A stretch of DNA of 64,000 bases from the human T2T-CHM13v2.0 reference genome, Homo sapiens: NCBI RefSeq assembly GCF_009914755.1, contig NC_060940.1. One strand, 5' to 3'. The position numbers and the translations under genes are program-made. Under the pieces are notes generated by a model. That model was not told the origin of the DNA. It ran no database searches and saw nothing but the letters and a program-made list of their open reading frames with translations. Below are positions 1 to 13,386 of this stretch, piece by piece. Positions within the stretch are counted from its first letter, which is position 1; the number at the start of each line of letters is the position of its first letter.

Positions 1-45
1 TCTGTTTGTAAAGTCTGCAAGTGGATATCTTGGCCTCTTAGAGGC

Positions 46-62
46 CTTCGTTGGAAACGGGT
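46..62 (+). promoter_or_regulatory. CENP-B box (dimer 5 copy), intact
   Basis: cttcgttggaaacgggt matches the core NTTCGNNNNANNCGGGN. The motif recurs every ~340 bp across the window (roughly 188 positions). Confidence 0.95.
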
Positions 63-213
63 TTTTTCATGTAAGGTTAGACAGAGGAATTCCCAGTAAC
101 TTCCTTGTGTTGTGTGCATTCAACTCACAGAGTTGAATGATTCTTTACACAGAGCAGATTTGAGACACTCTTTTGGTGGAATTTGTTAGTGGAGAATTCA
201 GCCGCTTTGAGGT

Positions 214-230
214 CAACGGTAGAAAAGGAA
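214..230 (+). other. A-type monomer box position (pJ-alpha-like site), alternating with CENP-B boxes
   Basis: caacggtagaaaaggaa occupies the position equivalent to the CENP-B box in the intervening monomers. It resembles the A-box/pJ-alpha motif of A-type alphoid monomers. Confidence 0.7.
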
Positions 231-384
231 ATATCTTCGTATAAAAACTAGACAGAATGATTCTCAGAAACTGTTTTGTGATGTGTGCGTTCAACTCACA
301 GAGTTTAACCTTTCTTTTCAAAGAGCAGTTAGGAAACACTCTGTTTGTAAAGTCTGCAAGTGGATATTCAGACCTCTTTGAGGC

Positions 385-401
385 CTTCGTTGGAAACGGG
401 A
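385..401 (+). promoter_or_regulatory. CENP-B box (dimer 1 copy), intact
   Basis: cttcgttggaaacggga, the canonical 17-mer. Confidence 0.95.
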
Positions 402-724
402 TTTCTTCATATTATGCTAGACAGATGAATTCTCAGTAACTTCCTTGTGTTGTGTGTATTCAACTCACAGAGTTGAACGATCCTTTACACAGAGCAGATT
501 TGAAACACTGTTTTTCTGGAATTTGCAAGTGGAGATTTCAGCCGCTTTGAGGTCAATGGTAGAAAAGGAAATATCTTCGTATAAAAACTAGACAGAATGA
601 TTCTCAGAAACTCCTTTGTGATGTGTGCGTTCAACTCACAGAGTTTAACCTTTCTTTTCACAGAGCAGTTAGGAAACACTCTGTTTGTGAAGCCTGCCAG
701 TGGATATTCGGACCTCTTTGAGGC

Positions 725-741
725 CTTCGTTGGAAACGGGA
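725..741 (+). promoter_or_regulatory. CENP-B box (dimer 2 copy), intact
   Basis: cttcgttggaaacggga, the canonical 17-mer. Confidence 0.95.
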
Positions 742-1064
742 TTTCTTCATATTATGCTAGACAGAAGATTTCTCAGTAACTTCTTTGTGTTGTGTGTATG
801 CAACTCACAGAGTTCAACCTTCCTTTAGACAGAGCAGATTTGAAACACTCTTTTTGTGGAATTTGCAAGTGGAGATTTCAAGCGCTTCGATGCCAATGGT
901 AGAAAAGGAAATATCTTCGTATAAAAACAGGACAAACTCGTTCCCAGACACTGCGTAGTGATGTGTGTGTTTAACTCACAGAGTTTCACCTTTCTTTTCA
1001 TACAGCATTCTGGAAACCCTCTGTTTGTAAAGTCTGCAAGTGGATATTTGGACCTCTTAGATGC

Positions 1065-1081
1065 CTTCGTTGCAAACGGGA
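1065..1081 (+). promoter_or_regulatory. CENP-B box (dimer 3 copy), variant at a non-core position
   Basis: cttcgttgcaaacggga has G>C at position 9, outside the nine core bases. Confidence 0.85.
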
Positions 1082-1404
1082 TTTCTTCATATAATGCTAG
1101 AGGGAAGAATTCTTAGTAACTTCTTTGTGTTGTGTGTATTCAACTGACAGAGTTGAACCTTCCTTTAGACAGAGCAGATTTGAAAGTCTCTTTTTGTGGA
1201 ATTTGCAAGTGGAGATTTCAAGCGCTTTGAGGCCAAAAGCAGAAAAGGAAATATTTTCCTATAAAAACTAGACAGAATCTTTCTCAGAAACTGCTCTGGG
1301 ATGTGTGCGTTCAACTCACAGAGTTTAACTTTTCTTTTCATTCAGCAGTTTGGAAACACTCTGTTTGGAAAGTCTGCACGTGGATATTTTGACCTCTTTG
1401 AGGC

Positions 1405-1421
1405 CTTCGTTGGAAACGGGT
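1405..1421 (+). promoter_or_regulatory. CENP-B box (dimer 4 copy), intact
   Basis: cttcgttggaaacgggt, with the core intact. Confidence 0.95.
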
Positions 1422-4400
1422 TTTTTTCATGTAACGCTAGACAGAAGAAATCTCAGTAACTTCCTTGTGTTGTGTGTATTCAACTGACAGAGTTGAACCT
1501 TCCTTTAGACAGAGCAGATTCGAAACACTCTTTTTCTGCAATTTGCAAGTGGAGACTTCAAGCGCTTTGAGGCCAAAGGCAGAAAAGGAAATATCTTCGT
1601 ATAAAAACCCGACAGAATCATTCTCAGAAACTGCTCTGTGATGTGTGCGTTCAACTCACAGAGTTTAACTTTTCTTTTCATTCAGCAGTTTGGAAACACT
1701 CTGTTTGTAAAGTCTGCAAGTGGATATCTTGGCCTCTTAGAGGCCTTCGTTGGAAACGGGTTTTTTCATGTAAGGTTAGACAGAGGAATTCCCAGTAACT
1801 TCCTTGTGTTGTGTGCATTCAACTCACAGAGTTGAATGATTCTTTACACAGAGCAGATTTGAGACACTCTTTTGGTGGAATTTGTAAGTGGAGAATTCAG
1901 CCGCTTTGAGGTCAACGGTAGAAAAGGAAATATCTTCGTATAAAAACTAGACAGAATGATTCTCAGAAACTGTTTTGTGATGTGTGCGTTCAACTCACAG
2001 AGTTTAACCTTTCTTTTCAAAGAGCAGTTAGGAAACACTCTGTTTGTAAAGTCTGCAAGCGGATATTCAGACCTCTTTGAGGCCTTCGTTGGAAACGGGA
2101 TTTCTTCATATTATGCTAGACAGATGAATTCTCAGTAACTTCCTTGTGTTGTGTGTATTCAACGCACAGAGTTGAACGATCCTTTACACAGAGCAGATTT
2201 GAAACACTGTTTTTCTGGAATTTGCAAGTGGAGATTTCAGCCGCTTTGAGGTCAATGGTAGAAAAGGAAATATCTTCGTATAAAAACTAGACAGAATGAT
2301 TCTCAGAAACTCCTTTGTGATGTGTGCGTTCAACTCACAGAGTTTAACCTTTCTTTTCACAGAGCAGTTAGGAAACACTCTGTTTGTGAAGCCTGCCAGT
2401 GGATATTCGGACCTCTTTGAGGCCTTCGTTGGAAACGGGATTTCTTCATATTATGCTAGACAGAAGATTTCTCAGTAACTTCTTTGTGTTGTGTGTATGC
2501 AACTCACAGAGTTCAACCTTCCTTTAGACAGAGCAGATTTGAAACACTCTTTTTGTGGAATTTGCAAGTGGAGATTTCAAGCGCTTCGATGCCAATGGTA
2601 GAAAAGGAAATATCTTCGTATAAAAACAAGACAAACTCGTTCCCAGACACTGCGTAGTGATGTGTGTGTTTAACTCACAGAGTTTCACCTTTCTTTTCAT
2701 ACAGCATTCTGGAAACCCTCTGTTTGTAAAGTCTGCAAGTGGATATTTGGACCTCTTAGATGCCTTCGTTGCAAACGGGATTTCTTCATATAATGCTAGA
2801 GGGAAGAATTCTTAGTAACTTCTTTGTGTTGTGTGTATTCAACTGACAGAGTTGAACCTTCCTTTAGACAGAGCAGATTTGAAAGTCTCTTTTTGTGGAA
2901 TTTGCAAGTGGAGATTTCAAGCGCTTTGAGGCCAAAAGCAGAAAAGGAAATATTTTCCTATAAAAACTAGACAGAATCATTCTCAGAAACTGCTCTGTGA
3001 TGTGTGTGTTCAACTCACAGAGTTTAACTTTCTTTTCATTCAGCAGTTTGGAAACACTCTGTTTGGAAAGTCTGCACGTGGATATTTTGACCTCTTTGAG
3101 GCCTTCGTTGGAAACGGGTTTTTTCATGTAAGGCTAGACAGAAGAAATCTCAGTAACTTCCTTGTGTTGTGTGTATTCAACTGACAGAGTTGAACCTTCC
3201 TTTAGACAGAGCAGATTCGAAACACTCTTTTTCTGCAATTTCCAAGTGGAGACTTCAAGCGCTTTGAGGCCAAAGGCAGAAAAGGAAATATCTTCGTATA
3301 AAAACCCGACAGAATCATTCTCAGAAACTGCTCTGTGATGTGTGCGTTCAACTCACAGAGTTTAACTTTTCTTTTCATTCAGCAGTTTGGAAACACTCTG
3401 TTTGTAAAGTCTGCAAGTGGATATCTTGGCCTCTTAGATGCCTTCGTTGGAAACGGGTTTTTTCATGTAAGGTTAGACAGAGGAATTCCCAGTAACTTCC
3501 TTGTGTTGTGTGCATTCAACTCACAGAGTTGAATGATTCTTTACACAGAGCAGATTTGAGACACTCTTTTGGTGGAATTTGTAAGTGGAGAATTCAGCCG
3601 CTTTGAGGTCAACGGTAGAAAAGGAAATATCTTCGTATAAAAACTAGACAGAATGATTCTCAGAAACTGTTTTGTGATGTGTGCGTTCAACTCACAGAGT
3701 TTAACCTTTCTTTTCAAAGAGCAGTTAGGAAACACTCTGTTTGTAAAGTCTGCAAGCGGATATTCAGACCTCTTTGAGGCCTTCGTTGGAAACGGGATTT
3801 CTTCATATTATGCTAGACAGATGAATTCTCAGTAACTTCCTTGTGTTGTGTGTATTCAACTCACACAGTTGAACGATCCTTTACACAGAGCAGATTTGAA
3901 ACACTGTTTTTCTGGAATTTGCAAGTGGAGATTTCAGCCGCTTTGAGGTCAATGGTAGAAAAGGAAATATCTTCGTATAAAAACTAGACAGAATGATTCT
4001 CAGAAACTCCTTTGTGATGTGTGCGTTCAACTCACAGAGTTTAACCTTTCTTTTCACAGAGCAGTTAGGAAACACTCTGTTTGTGAAGCCTGCCAGTGGA
4101 TATTCGGACCTCTTTGAGGCCTTCGTTGGAAACGGGATTTCTTCGTATTATGCTAGACAGAAGATTTCTCAGTAACTTCTTTGTGTTGTGTGTATGCAAC
4201 TCACAGAGTTCAACCTTCCTTTAGACAGAGCAGATTTGAAACACTCTTTTTGTGGAATTTGCAAGTGGAGATTTCAAGCGCTTCGATGCCAATGGTAGAA
4301 AAGGAAATATCTTCGTATAAAAACAAGACAAACTCGTTCCCAGACACTGCGTAGTGATGTGTGTGTTTAACTCACAGAGTTTAACCTTTCTTTTCATACA

Positions 4401-7400
4401 GCATTCTGGAAACCCTCTGTTTGTAAAGTCTGCAAGTGGATATTTGGACCTCTTAGATGCCTTCGTTGGAAACGGGATTTCTTCATATAATGCTAGAGGG
4501 AAGAATTCTTAGTAACTTCTTTGTGTTGTGTGTATTCAACTGACAGAGTTGAACCTTCCTTTAGACAGAGCAGATTTGAAAGTCTCTTTTTGTGGAATTT
4601 GCAAGTGGAGATTTCAAGCGCTTTGACGCCAAAAGCAGAAAAGGAAATATTTTCCTATAAAAACTAGACAGAATCATTCTCAGAAACTGCTCTGTGATGT
4701 GTGCGTTCAACTCACAGAGTTTAACTTTTCTTTTCATTCAGCAGTTTGGAAACACTCTGTTTGGAAAGTCTGCACGTGGATATTTTGACCTCTTTGAGGC
4801 CTTCGTTGGAAACGGGTTTTTTTCATGTAAGGCTAGACAGAAGAAATCTCAGTAACTTCCTTGTGTTGTGTGTATTCAACTGACAGAGTTGAACCTTCCT
4901 TTAGACAGAGCAGATTCGAAACACTCTTTTTCTGCAATTTGCAAGTGGAGACTTCAAGCGCTTTGAGGCCAAAGGCAGAAAAGGAAATATCTTCGTATAA
5001 AAACCCGACAGAATCATTCTCAGAAACTGCTCTGTGATGTGTGCGTTCAACTCACAGAGTTTAACTTTTCTTTTCATTCAGCAGTTTGGAAACACTCTGT
5101 TTGTAAAGTCTGCAAATGGATATATTGGCCTCTTAGAGGCCTTCGTTGGAAACGGGTTTTTTTCATGTAAGGTTAGACAGAGGAATTCCCAGTAACTTCC
5201 TTGTGTTGTGTGCATTCAACTCACAGAGTTGAATGATTCTTTACACAGAGCAGATTTGAGACACTCTTTTGGTGGAATTTGTAAGTGGAGAATTCAGCCG
5301 CTTTGAGATCAATGGTAGAAAAGGAAATATCTTCGTATAAAAACTAGACAGAATGATTCTCGGAAACTGTTTTGTGATGTGTGCATTCAACTCACAGAGT
5401 TTAACCTTTCTTTTCAAAGAGCAGTTAGGAAACACTCTGTTTGTAAAGTCTGCAAGTGGATATTCAGACCTCTTTGAGGCCTTCGTTGGAAACGGGATTT
5501 CTTCATATTATGCTAGACAGAAGAATTCTCAGTAACTTCCTTGTGTTGTGTGTATTCAACTCACAGAGTTGAACGATCCTTTACACAGAGCAGATTTGAA
5601 ACACTCTTTTTCTGGAATTTGCAAGTGGAGATTTCAGCCGCTTTGAGGTCAATGGTAGAAAAGGAAATATCTTCGTATAAAAACTAGACAGAATGATTCT
5701 CAGAAACTCCTTTGTGATGTGTGCGTTCAACTCACAGAGTTTAACCTTTCTTTTCACAGAGCAGTTAGGAAACACTCTGTTTGTGAAGCCTGCCAGTGGA
5801 TATTCGGACCTCCTTGAGGCCTTCGTTGGAAACGGGATTTCTTCATATTATGCTAGACAGAAGATTTCTCAGTAACTTCTTTGTGTTGTGTGTATGCAAC
5901 TCACAGAGTTCAACCTTCCTTTAGACAGAGCAGATTTGAAACACTCTTTTTGTGGAATTTGCAAGTGGAGATTTCAAGCGCTTCGATGCCAATGGTAGAA
6001 AAGGAAATATCTTCGTATAAAAACAACACAAACTCGTTCCCAGACACTGCGTAGTGATGTGTGTGTTTAACTCACAGAGTTTAACCTTTCTTTTCATACA
6101 GCATTCTGGAAACCCTCTGTTTGTAAAGTCTGCAAGTGGATATTTGGACCTCTTAGATGCCTTCGTTGGAAACGGGATTTCTTCATATAATGCTAGAGGG
6201 AAGAATTCTTAGTAACTTCTTTGTGTTGTGTGTATTCAACTGACAGAGTTGAACCTTCCTTTAGACAGAGCAGATTTGAAAGTCTCTTTTTGTGGAATTT
6301 GCAAGTGGAGATTTCAAGCGCTTTGAGGCCAAAAGCAGAAAAGGAAATATTTTCCTATAAAAACTAGACAGAATCTTTCTCAGAAACTGCTCTGGGATGT
6401 GTGTGTTCAACTCACAGAGTTTAACTTTCTTTTCATTCAGCAGTTTGGAAACACTCTGTTTGGAAAGTCTGCACGTGGATATTTTGACCTCTTTGAGGCC
6501 TTCGTTGGAAACGGGTTTTTTTCATGTAAGGCTAGACAGAAGAAATCTCAGTAACTTCCTTGTGTTGTGTGTATTCATCTGACAGAGTTGAACCTTCCTT
6601 TAGACAGAGCAGATTCGAAACACTCTTTTTCTGCAATTTGCAAGTGGAGACTTCAAGCGCTTTGAGGCCAAAGGCAGAAAAGGAAATATCTTCGTATAAA
6701 AACCCGACAGAATCATTCTCAGAAACTGCTCTGTGATGTGTGCGTTCAACTCACAGAGTTTAACTTTTCTTTTCATTCAGCAGTTTGGAAACACTCTGTT
6801 TGTAAAGTCTGCAAGTGGATATCATGGCCTCTTAGAGGCCTTCATTGGAAACGGGTTTTTTCATGTAAGGTTAGACAGAGGAATTCCCAGTAACTTCCTT
6901 GTGTTGTGTGCATTCAACTCACAGAGTTGAATGATTCTTTACACAGAGCAGATTTGAGACACTCTTTTGGTGGAATTTGTAAGTGGAGAATTCAGCCGCT
7001 TTGAGGTCAACGGTAGAAAAGGAAATATCTTCGTATAAAAACTAGACAGAATGATTCTCAGAAACTTTTTTGTGATGTGTGCGTTCAACTCACAGAGTTT
7101 AACCTTTCTTTTCAAAGAGCAGTTAGGAAACACTCTGTTTGTAAAGTCTGCAAGTGGATATTCAGACCTCTTTGAGGCCTTCGTTGGAAACGGGATTTCT
7201 TCATATTATGCTAGACAGATGAATTCTCAGTAACTTCCTTGTGTTGTGTGTATTCAACTCACAGAGTTGAACGATCCTTTACACAGAGCAGATTTGAAAC
7301 ACTGTTTTTCTGGAATTTGCAAGTGGAGATTTCAGCCGCTTTGAGGTCAATTGTAGAAAAAGAAATATCTTCGTATAAAAACTAGACAGAATGATTCTCA

Positions 7401-10400
7401 GAAACTCCTTTGTGATGTGTGCGTTCAACTCACAGAGTTTAACCTTTCTTTTCACAGAGCAGTTAGGAAACACTCTGTTTGTGAAGCCTGCCAGTGGATA
7501 TTCGGACCTCTTTGAGGCCTTCGTTGGAAACGGGATTTCTTCATATTATGCTAGACAGAAGATTTCTCAGTAACTTCTTTGTGTTGTGTGTATACAACTC
7601 ACAGAGTTCAACCTTCCTTTAGACAGAGCAGATTTGAAACACTCTTTTTCTGGAATTTGCAAGTGGAGATTTCAAGCGCTTCGATGCCAATGGTAGAAAA
7701 GGAAATATCTTCGTATAAAAACAAGACAATCTCGTTCCCAGACACTGCGTAGTGATGTGTGTGTTTAACTCACAGAGTTTAACCTTTCTTTTCATACAGC
7801 ATTCTGGAAACCCTCTGTTTGTAAAGTCTGCAAGTGGATATTTGGACCTCTTAGATGCCTTCGTTGGAAACGGGATTTCTTCATATAATGCTAGAGGGAA
7901 GAATTCTTAGTAACTTCTTTGTGTTGTGTGTATTCAACTGACAGAGTTGAACCTTCCTTTAGACAGAGCAGATTTGAAAGTCTCTTTTTCTGGAATTTGC
8001 AAGTGGAGATTTCAAGCGCTTTGAGGACAAAAGCAGAAAAGGAAATATTTTCCTATAAAAACTAGACAGAATCATTCTCAGAAACTGCTCTGTGATGTGT
8101 GTGTTCAACTCACAGAGTTTAACTTTCTTTTCATTCAGCAGTTTGGAAACACTCTGTTTGGAAAGTCTGCACGTGGATATTTTGACCTCTTTGAGGCCTT
8201 CGTTGGAAACGGGTTTTTTTCATGTAAGGCTAGACAGAAGAAATCTCAGTAACTTCCTTGTGTTGTGTGTATTCAACTGACAGAGTTGAACCTTCCTTTA
8301 GACAGAGCAGATTCGAAACACTCTTTTTCTGCAATTTGCAAGTGGAGACTTCAAGCGCTTTGAGGCCAAAGGCAGAAAAGGAAATATCTTCGTATAAAAA
8401 CCCGACAGAATCATTCTCAGAAACTGCTCTGTGATGTGTGCGTTCAACTCACAGAGTTTAACTTTTCTTTTCATTCAGCAGTTTGGAAACACTCTGTTTG
8501 TAAAGTCTGCAAGTGGATATCTTGGCCTCTTAGAGGCCTTCGTTGGAAACGGGTTTTTTCATGTAAGGTTAGACAGAGGAATTCCCAGTAACTTCCTTGT
8601 GTTGTGTGCATTCAACTCACAGAGTTGAATGATTCTTTACACAGAGCAGATTTGAGACACTCTTTTGGTGGAATTTGTTAGTGGAGAATTCAGCCGCTTT
8701 GAGGTCAACGGTAGAAAAGGAAATATCTTCGTATAAAAACTAGACAGAATGATTCTCAGAAACTTTTTTGTGATGTGTGCGTTCAACTCACAGAGTTTAA
8801 CCTTTCTTTTCAAAGAGCAGTTAGGAAACACTCTGTTTGTAAAGTCTGCAAGTGGATATTCAGACCTCTTTGAGGCCTTCGTTGGAAACGGGATTTCTTC
8901 ATATTATGCTAGACAGATGAATTCTCAGTAACTTCCTTGTGTTGTGTGTATTCAACTCACAGAGTTGAACGATCCTTTACACAGAGCAGATTTGAAACAC
9001 TGTTTTTCTGGAATTTGCAAGTGGAGATTTCAGCCGCTTTGAGGTCAATTGTAGAAAAAGAAATATCTTCGTATAAAAACTAGACAGAATGATTCTCAGA
9101 AACTCCTTTGTGATGTGTGCGTTCAACTCACAGAGTTTAACCTTTCTTTTCACAGAGCAGTTAGGAAACACTCTGTTTGTGAAGCCTGCCAGTGGATATT
9201 CGGACCTCTTTGAGGCCTTCGTTGGAAACGGGATTTCTTCATATTATGCTAGACAGAAGATTTCTCAGTAACTTCTTTGTGTTGTGTGTATGCAACTCAC
9301 AGAGTTCAACCTTCCTTTAGACAGAGCAGATTTGAAACACTCTTTTTCTGGAATTTGCAAGTGGAGATTTCAAGCGCTTCGATGCCAATGGTAGAAAAGG
9401 AAATATCTTCGTATAAAAACAAGACAAACTCGTTCCCAGACACTGCGTAGTGATGTGTGTGTTTAACTCACAGAGTTTAACCTTTCTTTTCATACAGCAT
9501 TCTGGAAACCCTCTGTTTGTAAAGTCTGCAAGTGGATATTTGGACCTCTTAGATGCCTTCGTTGGAAACGGGATTTCTTCATATAATGCTAGAGGGAAGA
9601 ATTCTTAGTAACTTCTTTGTGTTGTGTGTATTCAACTGACAGAGTTGAACCTTCCTTTAGACAGAGCAGATTTGAAAGTCTCTTTTTGTGGAATTTGCAA
9701 GTGGAGATTTCAAGCGCTTTGAGGCCAAAAGCAGAAAAGGAAATATTTTCCTATAAAAACTAGACAGAATCATTCTCAGAAACTGCTCTGTGATGTGTGT
9801 GTTCAACTCACAGAGTTTAACTTTCTTTTCATTCAGCAGTTTGGAAACACTCTGTTTGGAAAGTCTGCACGTGGATATTTTGACCTCTTTGAGGCCTTCG
9901 TTGGAAACGGGTTTTTTTCATGTAAGGCTAGACAGAAGAAATCTCAGTAACTTCCTTGTGTTGTGTGTATTCAACTGACAGAGTTGAACCTTCCTTTAGA
10001 CAGAGCAGATTCGAAACACTCTTTTTCTGCAATTTGCAAGTGGAGACTTCAAGCGCTTTGAGGCCAAAGGCAGAAAAGGAAATATCTTCGTATAAAAACC
10101 CGACAGAATCATTCTCAGAAACTGCTCTGTGATGTGTGCGTTCAACTCACAGAATTTAACTTTTCTTTTCATTCAGCAGTTTGGAAACACTCTGTTTGTA
10201 AAGTCTGCAAGTGGATATCTTGGCCTCTTAGAGGCCTTCGTTGGAAACGGGTTTTTTCATGTAAGGTTAGACAGAGGAATTCCCAGTAACTTCCTTGTGT
10301 TGTGTGCATTCAACTCACAGAGTTGAATGATTCTTTACACAGAGCAGATTTGAGACACTCTTTTGGTGGAATTTGTTAGTGGAGAATTCAGCCGCTTTGA

Positions 10401-12031
10401 GGTCAACGGTAGAAAAGGAAATATCTTCGTATAAAAACTAGACAGAATGATTCTCAGAAACTGTTTTGTGATGTGTGCGTTCAACTCACAGAGTTTAACC
10501 TTTCTTTTCAAAGAGCAGTTAGGAAACACTCTGTTTGTAAAGTCTGCAAGTGGATATTCAGACCTCTTTGAGGCCTTCGTTGGAAACGGGATTTCTTCAT
10601 ATTATGCTAGACAGATGAATTCTCAGTAACTTCCTTGTGTTGTGTGTATTCAACTCACAGAGTTGAACGATCCTTTACACAGAGCAGATTTGAAACACTG
10701 TTTTTCTGGAATTTGCAAGTGGAGATTTCAGCCGCTTTGAGGTCAATGGTAGAAAAAGAAATATCTTCGTATAAAAACTAGACAGAATGATTCTCAGAAA
10801 CTCCTTTGTGATGTGTGCGTTCAACTCACAGAGTTTAACCTTTCTTTTCACAGAGCAGTTAGGAAACACTCTGTTTGTGAAGCCTGCCAGTGGATATTCG
10901 GACCTCTTTGAGGCCTTCGTTGGAAACGGGATTTCTTCATATTATGCTAGACAGAAGATTTCTCAGTAACTTCTTTGTGTTGTGTGTATGCAACTCACAG
11001 AGTTCAACCTTCCTTTAGACAGAGCAGATTTGAAACACTCTTTTTGTGGAATTTGCAAGTGGAGATTTCAAGCGCTTCGATGCCAATGGTAGAAAAGGAA
11101 ATATCTTCGTAGAAAAACAAGACAAACTCGTTCCCAGACACTGCGTAGTGATGTGTGTGTTTAACTCACAGAGTTTAACCTTTCTTTTCATACAGCATTC
11201 TGGAAACCCTCTGTTTGTAAAGTCTGCAAGTGGATATTTGGACCTCTTAGATGCCTTCGTTGCAAACGGGATTTCTTCATATAATGCTAGAGGGAAGAAT
11301 TCTTAGTAACTTCTTTGTGTTGTGTGTATTCAACTGACAGAGTTGAACCTTCCTTTAGACAGAGCAGATTTGAAAGTCTCTTTTTGTGGAATTTGCAAGT
11401 GGAGATTTCAAGCGCTTTGAGGCCAAAAGCAGAAAAGGAAATATTTTCCTATAAAAACTAGACAGAATCATTCTCAGAAACTGCTCTGTGATGTGTGCGT
11501 TCAACTCACAGAGTTTAACTTTTCTTTTCATTCAGCAGTTTGGAAAAACTTTGTTTGTAAAGTCTGTCTTGGATATTTTGACCTCTTTGAGGCCTTCGTT
11601 GGAAACGGGTTTTTTTCATGTAAGGCTAGACAGAGGAAATCTCAGTAACTTCCTTGTCGTGTGTATTCAACTGACAAGGTTGAACCTTCCTTTAGACAGA
11701 GCAGATTCGAAACACTCTTTTTCTGCAATTTGCAAGTGGAGACTTCAAGCGCTTTGAGGCCAAAGGCAGAAAAGGAAATATCTTCGTATAAAAACCCGAC
11801 AGAATCATTCTCAGAAACTGCTCTGTGATGTGTGCGTTCAACACACAGAGTTTAACTTTTCTTTTCATTCAGCAGTTTGGAAACACTCTGTTTGTAAAGT
11901 CTGCAAGTGGATATATTGGCCTCTTAGAGGCCTTCGTTGGAAACGGGTTTTTTTCATGTAAGGTTAGACAGAGGAATTCCCAGTAACTTCCTTGTGTTGT
12001 GTGCATTCAACTCACAGAGTTGAATGATTCT

Positions 12032-13386
12032 TTACACAGAGCAGATTTGAGACACTCTTTTGGTGGAATTTGTAAGTGGAGAATTCAGCCGCTTTGAGGT
12101 CAACGGTAGAAAAGGAAATATCTTCGTATAAAAACTAGACAGAATGATTCTCAGAAACTGTTTTGTGATGTGTGCGTTCAACTCACAGAGTTTAACCTTT
12201 CTTTTCAAAGAGCAGTTAGGAAACACTCTGTTTGTAAAGTCTACGAGTGCATATTCAGACCTCTTTGAGGCCTTCGTTGGAAACGGGATTTCTTCATATT
12301 ATGCTAGACAGAAGAATTCTCAGTAACTTCCTTGTGTTGTGTGTATTCAACTCACAGAGTTGAACGATCCTTTACACAGAGCAGATTTGAAACACTCTTT
12401 TTCTGGAATTTGCAAGTGGAGATTTCAGCCGCTTTGGGGTCAATGGTAGAAAAGGAAATATCTTCGTATAAAAACTAGACAGAATGATTCTCAGAAACTC
12501 CTTTGTGATGTGTGCGTTCAACTCACAGAGTTTAACCTTTCTTTTCACAGAGCAGTTAGGAAACACTCTGTTTGTGAAGTCTGCCAGTGGATATTCGGAC
12601 CTCTTTGAGGCCTTCGTTGGAAACGGGATTTCTTCATATTATGCTAGACAGATTTCTCAGTAACTACTTTGTGTTGTGTGTATGCAACTCACAGAGTTCA
12701 TCCTTCCCTTGACAGAGCAGATTTGAAACACTCTTTTTGTGGAATTTGCAAGTGGAGATTTCAAGCGCTTCGACGCCAATGGTAGAAAAGGAAATATCTT
12801 CGTATAAAAACAAGACAAAATCATTCCCAGAAACTGCGCAGTGATGTGTGTGTTTAACTCACAGAGTTAAACCTTTCTTTTCATACAGAATTCTGGAAAC
12901 CCTCTGTTTGTAAAGTCTGCAAGTGGATATTTGGACCTCTTAGATGCCTTCGTTGGAAATGGGAAGTCGTCATATAATGGTAGAGGGAAGAATTCTCAGT
13001 AACTTCTTTTTCTTGTGTGTATTCAACTGACAGAGTTGAACCTTCCTTTAGACAGAGCAGATTTGAAAGTCTCTTTTTGTGGAATTTGCAAGTGGAGACT
13101 TCAAGCGCTTTGAGGCCAAAGGCAGAAAAGGAAATATCTTCGTATAAAAACCCGACAGAATCATTCTCAGAAACTGCTCTGTGATGTGTGCGTTCAACTC
13201 ACAGAGTTTAACTTTTCTTTTCATTCAGCAGTTTGGAAACACTCTGTTTGTAAAGTCTGCAAGTGGATATCTTGGCCTCTTAGAGGCCTTCGTTGGAAAC
13301 GGGTTCTTTCATGTAAGGTTAGACAGAGGAATTCCCAGTAACTTCCTTGTGTTGTGTGCATTCAACTCACAGAGTTGAATGATTCT
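12032..13386 (+). repeat. 8-mer structural-variant HOR type A (1355 bp), divergent haplotype
   Basis: D4 start (ttgaaagtctctttttgtgg) runs directly into D5 sequence (gagacttcaagcg...aaaggcag...aaaacccgac), so one dimer is missing. Confidence 0.92.

Larger units (their letters stand above)
145..1843 (+). repeat. Representative canonical HOR unit, 1699 bp = 5 dimers = 10 monomers (arbitrary phase)
   Basis: Five distinguishable dimers with diagnostic words: D1 ttgagacactcttttggtgg / gagaattcagcc; D2 gaacgatcc / gtgaagcctgccag; D3 gcttcgatgcc / ctcgttcccagacactgcgtag; D4 ttgaaagtctc / ggaaagtctgcacgtg; D5 ttcgaaacac / aaaacccgacag / tatcttggcc. The order then restarts at 1844. One GATC per canonical unit (479-482). 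Confidence 0.95.

Noticed and set aside
1065-1081. cttcgttgcaaacggga counted as a broken CENP-B box (also ~2764, ~11255, ~25836)
   Set aside because: The change is at a non-core position, so it was not counted as disrupted.
1377-1382. E-box CACGTG once per canonical HOR
   Set aside because: A 6-mer palindrome amplified with the repeat, with no evidence of function from sequence alone.
1421-1427. T-runs after the D4/D5 CENP-B boxes as terminators
   Set aside because: There is no convincing hairpin or transcription unit. The 6-versus-7 T variation is ordinary homopolymer slippage or sequencing error.
11046-11757. Longer ORFs (86 and 89 aa), duplicated at 25627-26338
   Set aside because: They are explained by a point change removing a stop (cgtagaaaa) and by small deletions in a divergent segment. 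They are repeated only because of the 14.58 kb duplication.
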